64,000 bases of DNA from Candidatus Multivoradales bacterium (lineage in GTDB: Bacteria; Acidobacteriota; Thermoanaerobaculia; Multivoradales; J023). Both the position numbers and the translations under genes were made by a program. The stretch covers positions 192,001 to 256,000 of the forward strand of contig CBDFLE010000005.1 in the NCBI GenBank assembly GCA_965248925.1. The letters run 5' to 3'. A model generated the notes under the pieces. That model was not told the origin of the DNA. It did not search any database and saw only the letters and a program-made list of their open reading frames with translations. Of the stretch, positions 29,506-38,804 are shown piece by piece (position 1 is the first letter of the stretch; every line of letters starts with the position of its first letter).

Positions 29506-32500
29506 ATGAATCGTAGACTGCTGGTGCCGCTGGCTCTGTCCCTATTGCTCACCTTGATGTTCGCTAGCGCTGCTTCGGCGGTAGATTTTCTGGTCTATCT
29601 GGATCTTGACGATGATGCGGCCAGTGGCTGCGCGGTGGCTACTGCCGACGGTCCTTTCCCCGGCGTCGAAGAGATTCTCGTGACCACCGTAGAGACTGGC
29701 CAGGTGATTGCCTTGGCGCGCCAGACCTGCGTCGACCCGGGAACTGATACTTTTTCGGCGCCGGTCGCCATCGGCGCCCCCTTTGCCCCCCCATGGCCGG
29801 TTGGCTCCGGCCTAGGCACCTTCGGCAGCGATGTGGTCGAGACTTTTTATCCGCTAGACGCGGGCTGTGATGTGGTGCGCTTGGGTTATGCCTCGGCGAT
29901 CGCGGGAGCAAGCGGCGACGCTCTGCTGACCGTCGATGGCAGTGGCGGCGGCTCGCCGATCCGGCTCGATTGCCGCGGTGTGTTAGAGATCCCCACCCTG
30001 TCGCAGTGGGCGTTGATGTTGCTGGCCGCCTTGCTGAGCATCGCCGCCTGGCGCTTGCTGCGGCGCCATCCGTCGAGCACCGCCGCCCTGGTCTTGGTAG
30101 CGGTGCTAATGAGCGCTTTCGCCGGTGTGGTGTGGGCGATGGTGATGCTCGACGGCGACCCCGGTGATTGGGTGGGTCTCGACGCCACCTTGGCCGACGA
30201 TGCCACTGGCGACGCCCCGACCAGCGGCGACATTCTGGCCACGTTCGCCTCGCAGGATCTCGATCAAGGGGTGATTTTCTTCCGCTTCGACGTCACCACC
30301 AACAGTTCACCGATCGCGGTGGACGATGTCTTTGCCACCGACGAAGACACATTGCTGATGGGCGACGTCTTGGCCGCCAACCCGACCACTGCCGATTCCG
30401 ATCCCGACGGCGACCCGCTGAGCGTGGTCGAGGTCGATGGCAACGGCGCTGATGTCGGGGTGCAGATCACCCTGAGCTCGGGCGCTCTGCTGACTTTGAA
30501 CGCCAATGGCACCTTCGCCTACGACCCCAACGGTGCCTTCGAATCGATGGGCGATGCCGATAGCGCCCAAGACGTTTTCGACTACACCATCACCGACGGC
30601 AATGGTGGCATCGATACGGCGACAGTGACGATTGATGTTGCCGGCGTCAACGACTGCCCAGCGGCGGTGGACGACGCGGTGTCAACCGGCGAGAGCACGG
30701 TGTTGAACGGCGATGTGCTGGTGGCCAACCCGACCACGCCGGACAGCGATCCGGAGGGCGATACGCTGATCGTGACCGAGGTCGACGGCAATGCCGCGGA
30801 TGTCGGCGTACAGGTCACCTTGGCTTCCGGAGCCTTGCTGACGGTCAACGCCAACGGCACCTTTACCTACGATCCGAACGGCGCTTTCGACAGCCTGGGT
30901 GATGGCGAGAGCGACACTGACAGCTTCACTTACACCGTCGACGACGGCTCGGGCACCTGCTCGGCGACGGCGACGGTGACGGTGACCATCAACGGCAACA
31001 ACTCCTGCCCGACGGCGGTGGACGACGCGGTCAGCACCGACGAGGACTCGTTGCTTAACGGTAATGTTCTAGTCGCCAACCCGACCACGACCGACTCCGA
31101 TCCCGATGGTGATCCGCTGACGGTGATCGCGGTCAACGGCAACCTGGCCAACGTCGGGGTGCAGATCACTCTCGCTTCGGGGGCTCTGCTGACGGTCAAC
31201 GCCAATGGCACCTTCAGCTACGACCCCAACGGCGCCTTCAACAGCCTCGGCGTCGGCGACAGCGATAGCGATAGCTTCACCTACACCGTCGACGACGGCT
31301 CAGGCACCTGCTCGGAGACGGCAACGGTGACGGTCACCATCTCCGGCGTCAACGACTGCCCGACGGCGGTGGACGATGCGGTGTCGACCGACGAAGACAC
31401 GGTGCTCAACGGTGATGTCACCACCGCCAACCCGACCACTGCCGACAGTGATCCCGAAGGCGACACCCTGGTGGTGACGGCGGTCAATGGCAATGGCGCC
31501 AACGTCGGCGTGCAAATCGCTTTGGGCGCCGGCTTGGTGACGGTCAATGCCAACGGCACCTTCAGTTTCGACCCCAACGGTGGTTTCGATTCTCTGGGTG
31601 TGGGCGAGATGGCGACTGAGATGTTCACCTACACCCTCGATGACGGTTCGGGCACCTGCTCGGAGACCGCCACCGTGACGGTGACCATCATCGGTGTCAA
31701 CGACCTGCCGATGGTGGCGGGGGAGACCTTCGACGATGTGGCCAACACCTTGCTACAGGTGGCGGCGAGCCAGACCTCGACCCCCTCGGTCTTCGTCATG
31801 GGTTCGCTGTTGTCCAACGACAGCGATGGCGATGGACCTAGCCCGCTGACCGCTTCTCTCAACACGGCGACTGTCGGGGCGGTGGTGACGGTGGCCGCGG
31901 ACGGCACCTTCACTTACCTGCCGCCAGCCGGGATGACCGCTAGCGACTCCTTCACCTACGACGTCAGCGATGGCTCAGGATCGACCACGGCGACGGTAAC
32001 TATCACCTTCTTCAGCCGGGTTTGGTACGTCGACAACACGGCGGCGGCGGCGGGCCTGGGCCGCTCGGCCGATCCCTTTGACACCCTGGTAGAGGCTGAA
32101 ACCGCGCACGGCGCCAACGACATGATCTGCGTCCGCACCGGCGATGGCACTACCACCGGCCACGATGCCGGTATCGAGATCAGCTTCTCGGGCGTGTTGC
32201 TGCACGGCGAGCACCATGGCTGCGAGCCCAATGTTGGGCTCAACAGCAACGCCGCTCCCACTTCGCTAGTGCCGCCGAGCGTCGGCAATCATCCGCTGAT
32301 CGATCATTCCGCGGGTGGTGTCGGTGTTCAGGTAAGTGCCGACACCGGCGACCTCACCGGCATCTTCATCCGTGGTCTCAACCTCGATGGTGATGACAAC
32401 GCTGTCGACATCGAGGCCAGCGGCGCCAATCAAGTCGATGTCGGAGTGCAGAACAACACCCTTCGCGGCGCAGGCGGCGACGGCATCGACGTCAACCACA

Positions 32501-35500
32501 GCAGTAGCGCCGGCGACAGCCGCGTGAGGATTCTCAACAACGTCCTGGCAGCCACTGGCAATGGTGCCGATATTCGCACTACCGCTGGCGGCCTGGACGT
32601 GGTGTTCAACAACAACAGCGACATCACCGGCGCCAAGGGGGTGTTCTTCGATGGCTCGGGCGGCGGTACCCTGACGGTCAGCGGCTTCTCCGGCAACTCG
32701 GTCCATCAGGACACCAGCGGCAACGGTATCGAGATGGACACCGTGGTGTTCGATGCCGACGCCGGTACCAACGGCGGCGGCGATGCTGACTTCACCGGCG
32801 ATACGGTGGCCGGCGGTGACACTTCTGTCGGTACTGCCGGCGATGGCGTTGGCGGCGCGGGGATCCTCTTGGCCGGGGTTACCGGCGATCTCAGCTTCGG
32901 TGATCTCGACGTGGAGGCCGATGGCGGTGTCGGTCTGCAAGCGATGGCCGCGGCACCGCTCAACGCCGCGGCTGGCACCGGCTTCCGCCTGACCACCGGC
33001 GCGGGAACCAGCTTGACCGCTACTGGCGGGCCGGCCCTCGACCTCGATCCGCTCACCGCCGCGCTGACGATCAGCGCGCTGACCTCGACCAACAGCGCTA
33101 CCCAAGGCGTCTCACTTAACGATGTCAGCGGCTCGGTGACAATTACCGGCGGTTCGATCGTCAACGCGGCCGCCATTGCCTTCTTGGTCGACGGCGCCGC
33201 GCCGACGGTGAGCTACGGTGGTTCGATGACCCTCGGCGACACCACCGCCGTGTCGGTGACCAACACCACCGGTGGCTCGGTGACCGTCGACAATGGCATT
33301 TTGAGTACCGATGGTGGCAACTTCGCCGCCATCCAGGCCACCAATACTGATGGCGCGGTCAACGTCACCAACATGGGCGTCAGCCACTCGAATGGCCGGG
33401 TGATCGTGTTCGACGATGTTGATGGCGGTGCCAGCTTCAGCGGTACGACGATCTCGACCACCAACCACCACGGGGTCAGCGTGCAGAACAGCGCCGGCGC
33501 CCTGACTTTCCCCAACATAGTGATCGCCGTCGGCACCCCGGCGCCGGTCGATGCGGTCTTCCTCAACGCCAACGGCACGGCGACGATCAACTTCTCACGA
33601 ATCGCGGTCAACACTAACGGCGCTGGCGTGCGCGGCCTGGTGGCGACCAGTTCGGGTACCGTCAACGTCACCGACAACACCAGCTTGATTGCCGCAACCG
33701 GCGGTCCGGCGGTGGTGATCAATCCGACTACCGTGGGTATGGTCTTCGCCAGCGTCAGCTCAAGCAACAGCAATGGGGTCGGCGCGAGCTTCGTCGGCGT
33801 GAGCGGCAGCTTTGTCGCCAGCGGTGGCTCGATCAATGGCGCTGCTGGCACAGCTTTCGAGGTCGGTAACGGGACCGCCAACTCGGGTAGCAACGGCACC
33901 ATCACCTACGCCGGAGGGATCACCAACGCCGCCGGGCGGGCAGCAGTGGTGCAGGATCGCACGGGCGGAACGGTGACCATTTCTGGCGCTGTTGTCGACA
34001 CTGGGGCCACCAACAGCGGTATCTTGGTCGACGATAACAATTCCGGCAACCCGCTGGTGCGTTTCACCGGCACGGTTGATATCACCAACACTTCCGGCAG
34101 CGCGCTGACGGTGAGCGACAACACCGGCGGCCGGGTGCAGTTCGCGGATCTCGACATCGTCAACGACACGGCGGATCAGGTAGGCCTGTCGGCCACCAAC
34201 AATGGGAGCGGGGGGCGCCTCGATGTCGATACCGGCACTGTCGATAGCGGCTCTGCTACTGCCATCGACATCGACAACACGGTGCTCGGTAACAGCGGTA
34301 ACACGACCGCTGGACTGACCCTGGTCAGGGTCACCTCAGACGAGGCCAGTGCCAACGAAGGGATCAACTTGGCCTTCACTACCGGCGCCTTGACGGTGAT
34401 CGGAGACGGTGCAGCGGGTGCTGGATTGGCGGCCAACAACGGCTCTGGCGGGACGATCAGCAATAAAACCGGCGATTCAGTGGTGCTGAACTCGGTCACC
34501 AACGTGTCGCTGAACTACATGAACATCACCAACGGGCTGGGTCATGGCATCAACGGCACCGCCGTCAACGGTTTTGTCCTAACCCGCAGTAACGTCACTA
34601 ACCATGCCGACACCAATGGCGAAGCGCCACTGTTCTTCCGCGGCTTGACCGGCACGGCGGCAGCCAATCCGGAGTTGGAGGGGGGCAGCAACCAGACATT
34701 GATCGCCAACTCGCTGATCGCCGAGGGCGACGAGGACAACATCCAGATCAAGAATGAGACCGGCACCCTGGCCCGGCTGGTGGTCCGCGACAGCACCATC
34801 GGCAGTACGACCTTCGGCGATCGCAACGAGAACGATGGCATCAACTTTGAGGGCCTCAGCTCCGGCGGGGGTAACGCGGTGATGAATCTGCGGGTGGAGA
34901 ATTGCAACTTCATCGGCAACGCTGGCGACCACATCAACCCGTTCCACAACGGCGCCAGCGGTTCGATGGACATCGACATATTTGGCAGCGATTTCCGTGG
35001 CAGCGCGTCGCACGGGTCCGGTGTCGGTGGCGGCATCACCATCGCCGCCAACGATGCCTCGGTCGGTTCGGGCAACAATGTCACCTATGTGGTCGACAAC
35101 AACGATTTCCGCGATGTCGTGCTGGTGGCCATCGACACCAACCTGGTGATCTCCAGCGGTACCATGGCGATGTCGGGGACCATCAACAACAACCGCATCG
35201 GTACTAGCGGCGTGTTCGGCTCAGGGTCTTCGACCGGTGTCGGCATTCGGGCGCGGTCGAATAGGGCGGGTACTCACACCGTGGCGATCACCAATAACAC
35301 CATTCGCAACTGGGTCAACGGTGGCGGCATCACGATCCAGCAGCGCGACGGCAACGGCACCCTCAATGCTACCGTGACCGGCAACACTGAGGTACACGAC
35401 GCGGGTGGGTTCCCCTTCGGCAGCGGTCTGCAAGTCGAGTCTGGAGCGGTGGCTGCCGACATGGGCACCGTGTGCATCGATATCGGGGGTGCCGGCGGGC

Positions 35501-35760
35501 TGGCCAACACCTTGACGGAGCCGAATGCATTCGACCCGGCCATTCTGGTGTTGCAGAACTTCGCGACCACGATGAGATTCCCGGCCTACGCCGGAGCCGC
35601 GACCAACCCGGCCGCGCACACCGACCTCAATACCTTCCTTGGCGGTCGCAATACATTGAGCGCCAATGGAGTAGCGGCGGATGCGGTGGCACCCACTTTC
35701 CAGGGCGCCATCGCATCCGGAGTCTCGGGCGGCATGCCGAATACCTGTCCACAGCCTTGA
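29506..35760 (+). CDS. Giant surface protein/adhesin (2084 aa): signal peptide, internal IPTL-CTERM-like segment, tandem Ig/cadherin-like repeats, long beta-helix region
   Basis: SD GGAGGAG before ATG 29506; IPTLSQWALMLLAALL; P.AVDD...NANGTF.YDPNGAF...DSFTYTVDDG repeats; VWYVDN...PF.TL beta-helix entry; Gly/Thr/Asn/Asp-rich. Confidence 0.9.
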   Translation: MNRRLLVPLALSLLLTLMFASAASAVDFLVYLDLDDDAASGCAVATADGPFPGVEEILVTTVETGQVIALARQTCVDPGTDTFSAPVAIGAPFAPPWPVGSGLGTFGSDVVETFYPLDAGCDVVRLGYASAIAGASGDALLTVDGSGGGSPIRLDCRGVLEIPTLSQWALMLLAALLSIAAWRLLRRHPSSTAALVLVAVLMSAFAGVVWAMVMLDGDPGDWVGLDATLADDATGDAPTSGDILATFASQDLDQGVIFFRFDVTTNSSPIAVDDVFATDEDTLLMGDVLAANPTTADSDPDGDPLSVVEVDGNGADVGVQITLSSGALLTLNANGTFAYDPNGAFESMGDADSAQDVFDYTITDGNGGIDTATVTIDVAGVNDCPAAVDDAVSTGESTVLNGDVLVANPTTPDSDPEGDTLIVTEVDGNAADVGVQVTLASGALLTVNANGTFTYDPNGAFDSLGDGESDTDSFTYTVDDGSGTCSATATVTVTINGNNSCPTAVDDAVSTDEDSLLNGNVLVANPTTTDSDPDGDPLTVIAVNGNLANVGVQITLASGALLTVNANGTFSYDPNGAFNSLGVGDSDSDSFTYTVDDGSGTCSETATVTVTISGVNDCPTAVDDAVSTDEDTVLNGDVTTANPTTADSDPEGDTLVVTAVNGNGANVGVQIALGAGLVTVNANGTFSFDPNGGFDSLGVGEMATEMFTYTLDDGSGTCSETATVTVTIIGVNDLPMVAGETFDDVANTLLQVAASQTSTPSVFVMGSLLSNDSDGDGPSPLTASLNTATVGAVVTVAADGTFTYLPPAGMTASDSFTYDVSDGSGSTTATVTITFFSRVWYVDNTAAAAGLGRSADPFDTLVEAETAHGANDMICVRTGDGTTTGHDAGIEISFSGVLLHGEHHGCEPNVGLNSNAAPTSLVPPSVGNHPLIDHSAGGVGVQVSADTGDLTGIFIRGLNLDGDDNAVDIEASGANQVDVGVQNNTLRGAGGDGIDVNHSSSAGDSRVRILNNVLAATGNGADIRTTAGGLDVVFNNNSDITGAKGVFFDGSGGGTLTVSGFSGNSVHQDTSGNGIEMDTVVFDADAGTNGGGDADFTGDTVAGGDTSVGTAGDGVGGAGILLAGVTGDLSFGDLDVEADGGVGLQAMAAAPLNAAAGTGFRLTTGAGTSLTATGGPALDLDPLTAALTISALTSTNSATQGVSLNDVSGSVTITGGSIVNAAAIAFLVDGAAPTVSYGGSMTLGDTTAVSVTNTTGGSVTVDNGILSTDGGNFAAIQATNTDGAVNVTNMGVSHSNGRVIVFDDVDGGASFSGTTISTTNHHGVSVQNSAGALTFPNIVIAVGTPAPVDAVFLNANGTATINFSRIAVNTNGAGVRGLVATSSGTVNVTDNTSLIAATGGPAVVINPTTVGMVFASVSSSNSNGVGASFVGVSGSFVASGGSINGAAGTAFEVGNGTANSGSNGTITYAGGITNAAGRAAVVQDRTGGTVTISGAVVDTGATNSGILVDDNNSGNPLVRFTGTVDITNTSGSALTVSDNTGGRVQFADLDIVNDTADQVGLSATNNGSGGRLDVDTGTVDSGSATAIDIDNTVLGNSGNTTAGLTLVRVTSDEASANEGINLAFTTGALTVIGDGAAGAGLAANNGSGGTISNKTGDSVVLNSVTNVSLNYMNITNGLGHGINGTAVNGFVLTRSNVTNHADTNGEAPLFFRGLTGTAAANPELEGGSNQTLIANSLIAEGDEDNIQIKNETGTLARLVVRDSTIGSTTFGDRNENDGINFEGLSSGGGNAVMNLRVENCNFIGNAGDHINPFHNGASGSMDIDIFGSDFRGSASHGSGVGGGITIAANDASVGSGNNVTYVVDNNDFRDVVLVAIDTNLVISSGTMAMSGTINNNRIGTSGVFGSGSSTGVGIRARSNRAGTHTVAITNNTIRNWVNGGGITIQQRDGNGTLNATVTGNTEVHDAGGFPFGSGLQVESGAVAADMGTVCIDIGGAGGLANTLTEPNAFDPAILVLQNFATTMRFPAYAGAATNPAAHTDLNTFLGGRNTLSANGVAADAVAPTFQGAIASGVSGGMPNTCPQP
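30301..32010 (+). repeat. Five tandem 348-351 bp intragenic repeats (Ig/cadherin-like, VCBS/Big_9-like)
   Basis: Units start at about 30301, 30649, 31000, 31351 and 31699; units 2-4 are very similar at DNA level and carry a Cys pair (NxCP...GSGTCS). Confidence 0.85.
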
Positions 35761-35810
35761 TTGAGAGAGCTAGCAGGGACCTTGTAGACAACTTAACGGA
35801 AGGAGGCACA

Positions 35811-36323
35811 ATGTCAGAACCTTTCCTCGCCGAAGTTCGTATCGTCGGCTTCAATTTCGCGCCCCGTGGCTGGGCGTTCTGTGATGGGCAGATCTTGCCC
35901 ATCAACCAGAACCAGAGTCTGTATTCGCTCCTCGGCACGACCTATGGCGGTGACGGACGTACCAGCTTCGCGCTGCCCGACCTGCGGGGACGGACGCCGA
36001 TTCACGTCGGCCGTAGCAATGGTGGCGACTCTCATCGACTCGGCCAGAAGAGCGGTGAGGAGACCCACACGCTGAGTGCCGCGGAGATGCCGCAGCACAA
36101 GCACGTTGCGAGAGCTAATGACACCGCGGGGGATAACCCAATCCCGACCACCCATTCACTGGCCCGGGCCAACAACCTCTACCGGGATGCCAGTAACTTG
36201 ACCGAGCTGCGTTCCGGCACTGTCACCAACGTTGGTGGCAGCCAGGCGCACGACAACATGCAGCCGTACATCGCGGTGAACTTCTGTATCGCACTACAGG
36301 GCCTGTTCCCGTCGCGGAACTAA
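35811..36323 (+). CDS. Phage tail collar domain protein (MdpB-like), paralog 1
   Basis: SD GGAGG; MSEPFLAEVRIVGFNFAPRGWAFCDGQ...GTTYGGDGRTSFALPDLRGR, HxH, HDNMQPY...FPSRN. Confidence 0.92.
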   Translation: MSEPFLAEVRIVGFNFAPRGWAFCDGQILPINQNQSLYSLLGTTYGGDGRTSFALPDLRGRTPIHVGRSNGGDSHRLGQKSGEETHTLSAAEMPQHKHVARANDTAGDNPIPTTHSLARANNLYRDASNLTELRSGTVTNVGGSQAHDNMQPYIAVNFCIALQGLFPSRN

Positions 36324-36338
36324 GGAAAAGGAGACACG

Positions 36339-36857
36339 ATGTCCGAACCTTTTGTAGGTGAGATCCGCATGTTCGCGGGCAACTTCGCGCCCCGCGGCTG
36401 GGCTTTTTGCGACGGTCAGCTGCTGGCGGTGTCCCAGAACGATGCCTTGTTCAGCCTGCTCGGAACGATTTACGGCGGCGACGGCCGGACGACTTTTGGC
36501 TTACCTGAGATGCGCGGCCGGATCCCTATCCATGCCGGCTCTGGTCCGGGCTTGAGTCCACGGCGACTCGGAGCCAAGAGCGGTGTGGAGAAGGTCACCT
36601 TGACCGTCAACCAGCTGCCCTCTCATACCCACCCACTCAATGTGTCTCAGGACCTGGCCGATCAGGCCAGTCCCAGCGGCCGGCTGCCGGGCAATTCGCC
36701 CTCGATCGACCTGTACCGCGAAGAAGCGTCGACCCAGGATATCAACTCGGGCTCGGTACAGAACATAGGCGGCAGCCGCAGCCACAGCAATTTCATGCCC
36801 TACCTCTGTATCCACTTCATCATCGCTCTGTTCGGGATCTACCCGTCGCGGCACTAG
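36339..36857 (+). CDS. Phage tail collar domain protein (MdpB-like), paralog 2
   Basis: MSEPFVGEIRMFAGNFAPRGWAFCDGQLL...GGDGRTTFGLP, LPSHTH, HSNFMPY...YPSRH. Confidence 0.92.
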   Translation: MSEPFVGEIRMFAGNFAPRGWAFCDGQLLAVSQNDALFSLLGTIYGGDGRTTFGLPEMRGRIPIHAGSGPGLSPRRLGAKSGVEKVTLTVNQLPSHTHPLNVSQDLADQASPSGRLPGNSPSIDLYREEASTQDINSGSVQNIGGSRSHSNFMPYLCIHFIIALFGIYPSRH

Positions 36858-36866
36858 GAGACCATC

Positions 36867-37388
36867 ATGTCGGAACCTTTCGTCGCGGAAATTCGCATTT
36901 TCGCCGGTAACTTCGCTCCCCGTGGCTGGGCCTTCTGCGACGGTCAGCTGCTGCCCGCCGCTCAGAACACGGCGTTGTTCAGCTTGATCGGAACCACCTA
37001 TGGCGGCGATGGGCGGACCACAACCGCGTTGCCCAATCTGAAAGGGCGAGCACCCATGCATCCCGGCCGTGGTCCTGGGCTGACCAGCAAGCGTCTGGGC
37101 CAGCGGGGAGGGACCGAGATGGTCACCCTGTCCGAAGCACAGATGCCACAGCACGACCACACCATCAAAGCGACGGCCAATCCTGGAAATCTGGGGATCC
37201 CGAGCAATCAACGGTCACTCGCCCGTACCCAGCCCGGATTTGCTTGGCAGACAGCGAACCCGGACGTCGATCTTGCGGCAGCGGCACTGCCCAATGCCGG
37301 TGGCAGCCAACCGCACAACAACCTGCAGCCCTTCCTGACGATGAACTTCATCATCGCCCTGGTCGGTCTGTATCCGTCGCGCGGCTGA
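36867..37388 (+). CDS. Phage tail collar domain protein (MdpB-like), paralog 3
   Basis: MSEPFVAEIRIFAGNFAPRGWAFCDGQLL...GGDGRTTTALP, MPQHDH, HNNLQPF...YPSRG. Confidence 0.92.
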   Translation: MSEPFVAEIRIFAGNFAPRGWAFCDGQLLPAAQNTALFSLIGTTYGGDGRTTTALPNLKGRAPMHPGRGPGLTSKRLGQRGGTEMVTLSEAQMPQHDHTIKATANPGNLGIPSNQRSLARTQPGFAWQTANPDVDLAAAALPNAGGSQPHNNLQPFLTMNFIIALVGLYPSRG

Positions 37389-37399
37389 GCATTGCTCCG

Positions 37400-37429
37400 C
37401 GGCCTGGTTCCAACTACGGGACCGGGCCG
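37400..37429 (+). other. Intra-operon stem-loop after the collar genes
   Basis: CGGCCTGGTTCC-AACTAC-GGGACCGGGCCG, a 12-bp stem with G-U pairs and no U-tract. Confidence 0.5.
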
Positions 37430-37461
37430 TGTAGCGCTACCTACTTAATAAGGGAAGAAGC

Positions 37462-37971
37462 ATGCCGCCCGCCGGGTTCAGCTTACGTCCGATCAGCGAC
37501 GCCGACCAGGACTTCCTCCACCGACTCTATGCCAGCACCCGCGAGGAGGAGTTGGCGGCGGTGCCTTGGACGAAGGAATACAAAAAGGACTTCCTGCGCG
37601 GTCAATTCGAAGCCCAGCACCAGCACTACATGAGCTACTTCACCGACGCCTCCTTCGATTTGGTGTTGGCGGGTGAAGAACCCGTCGGTCGGCTCTACTT
37701 GGAGGAGCGTCTTGCCGAGATCCGCATCATCGACATCGCCTTGCTGCCGGAGCATCGACAGCGGGGCTTGGGGCGAGTGTTGTTGGTGGAGGTGCTGGAG
37801 CGCGGAGCCACGGCTGGCAAGGCGGTGCGCATCCACGTCGAAACCAACAACCCGGCGATGCGGCTCTATTTGCGGCTCGGCTTTAGTCGGATCGAGGACC
37901 AGGGGCCGTACCACCTGATGGAATGGACGCCTACCGCTAGCGGGGTCAAAGCCGCGGCGGGGGCGGATTAG
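37462..37971 (+). CDS. GNAT family N-acetyltransferase
   Basis: IDIALLPEHRQRGLG acetyl-CoA motif A; NNPAMRLYLRLGF motif B. Confidence 0.92.
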   Translation: MPPAGFSLRPISDADQDFLHRLYASTREEELAAVPWTKEYKKDFLRGQFEAQHQHYMSYFTDASFDLVLAGEEPVGRLYLEERLAEIRIIDIALLPEHRQRGLGRVLLVEVLERGATAGKAVRIHVETNNPAMRLYLRLGFSRIEDQGPYHLMEWTPTASGVKAAAGAD

Positions 37972-37974
37972 AGA

Positions 37975-38280
37975 ATGATCGACAAGCTGAACAAGGAAGA
38001 TTTCGAGGCCCATCTCAAGAGCCGCGTGACGGTGCGGTTGGAAGATCGTGGTAGCTGTGAGCTGCTTCTGGTGGAAGTGATTCACATCGGCGCCAAGCAA
38101 GCGCGGGGAGCTGCTCGCCACGCTTTTTCGGTACTCTTCAGCGGCGCTGAGGATTTTCATCTAGAGCAAATGATCTACCGTGTCGAGCATGGAGAGCTAG
38201 GCGAGATGGACCTGTTTCTGGTACCCCTGGGACCTGACCCTGCAACCGGCAAGCTGCTTTTCGAGGCGGTTTTCACCTGA
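37975..38280 (+). CDS. DUF6916-like small protein
   Basis: F..HL...LLLVEV...FSVLFSG...LEQMIYRVEHGELGEMDLFLVPLG...FEAVFT. Confidence 0.82.
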   Translation: MIDKLNKEDFEAHLKSRVTVRLEDRGSCELLLVEVIHIGAKQARGAARHAFSVLFSGAEDFHLEQMIYRVEHGELGEMDLFLVPLGPDPATGKLLFEAVFT

Positions 38281-38317
38281 TCGAGATCACCTCATAGAAC
38301 AAAGAAGGGAATCAAGA

Positions 38318-38782
38318 ATGAGTGACGAAACCCAAGAGCCCAAGGGAGAAAACGTCAGCTTGGAGGCCTGTGCCGCGGCTTGTGACGAGGCTGCCAAAGC
38401 CGCCGACGAGCGCGAGGAAGAGACCGTCGAGTGGGCTGAGCTGATCGAGAGTCCGATCGCCGAGATGACCCTCGACACTTTCAAGGGCCGGATCGGTGAG
38501 AAATTCTCAATCCAGATTTCTAGCAAGAAGCTGGAATTGGAGCTGGTCGAAGCGCACTCAATGGCGCCGACGGCAGACCTTGGCAAGAGTGCTCCGAAGG
38601 GCCGTGAGCATTTTGCGATCACCTTTCAGGAGCGCGACCCGACGATCTCTCTGTCCGCCGGCATCTACCGGTTGGAGCATGAAGAACTCGATGCGTTCGA
38701 ACTCTACCTCGAAGAGATCACGGCTCCTAATGCCGATGGCAGTGAGGCGGAGGATCAGCGTTACGAGGCGGTGTTCTCCTAA
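38318..38782 (+). CDS. Second DUF6916-like protein with acidic N-terminal extension
   Basis: Same pattern: TFKGRIGEKF...LELVE...FAITF...GIYRLEHEEL..FELYL...YEAVFS. Confidence 0.75.
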   Translation: MSDETQEPKGENVSLEACAAACDEAAKAADEREEETVEWAELIESPIAEMTLDTFKGRIGEKFSIQISSKKLELELVEAHSMAPTADLGKSAPKGREHFAITFQERDPTISLSAGIYRLEHEELDAFELYLEEITAPNADGSEAEDQRYEAVFS

Positions 38783-38804
38783 GATTCACTACCCATTGAA
38801 TTGC

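Noticed and set aside
29009-29516. ORFs in the kinase-adhesin intergenic region
   Set aside because: No SD or motifs and atypical composition; more consistent with a divergent promoter region
30301-32010. CRISPR array or other non-coding repeat array
   Set aside because: The repeats are in-frame ~350-bp protein domains without unique spacers; no cas genes
35472-35810. 283-aa version of the first collar protein from the ORF track
   Set aside because: The extension overlaps the adhesin 3' end; the SD and paralog alignment place the start at ATG 35811
35811-37388. Prophage or tailocin suggested by tail-collar genes
   Set aside because: No capsid, terminase, sheath, tube, baseplate, lysis or integrase genes in the window; the flanks are cellular genes
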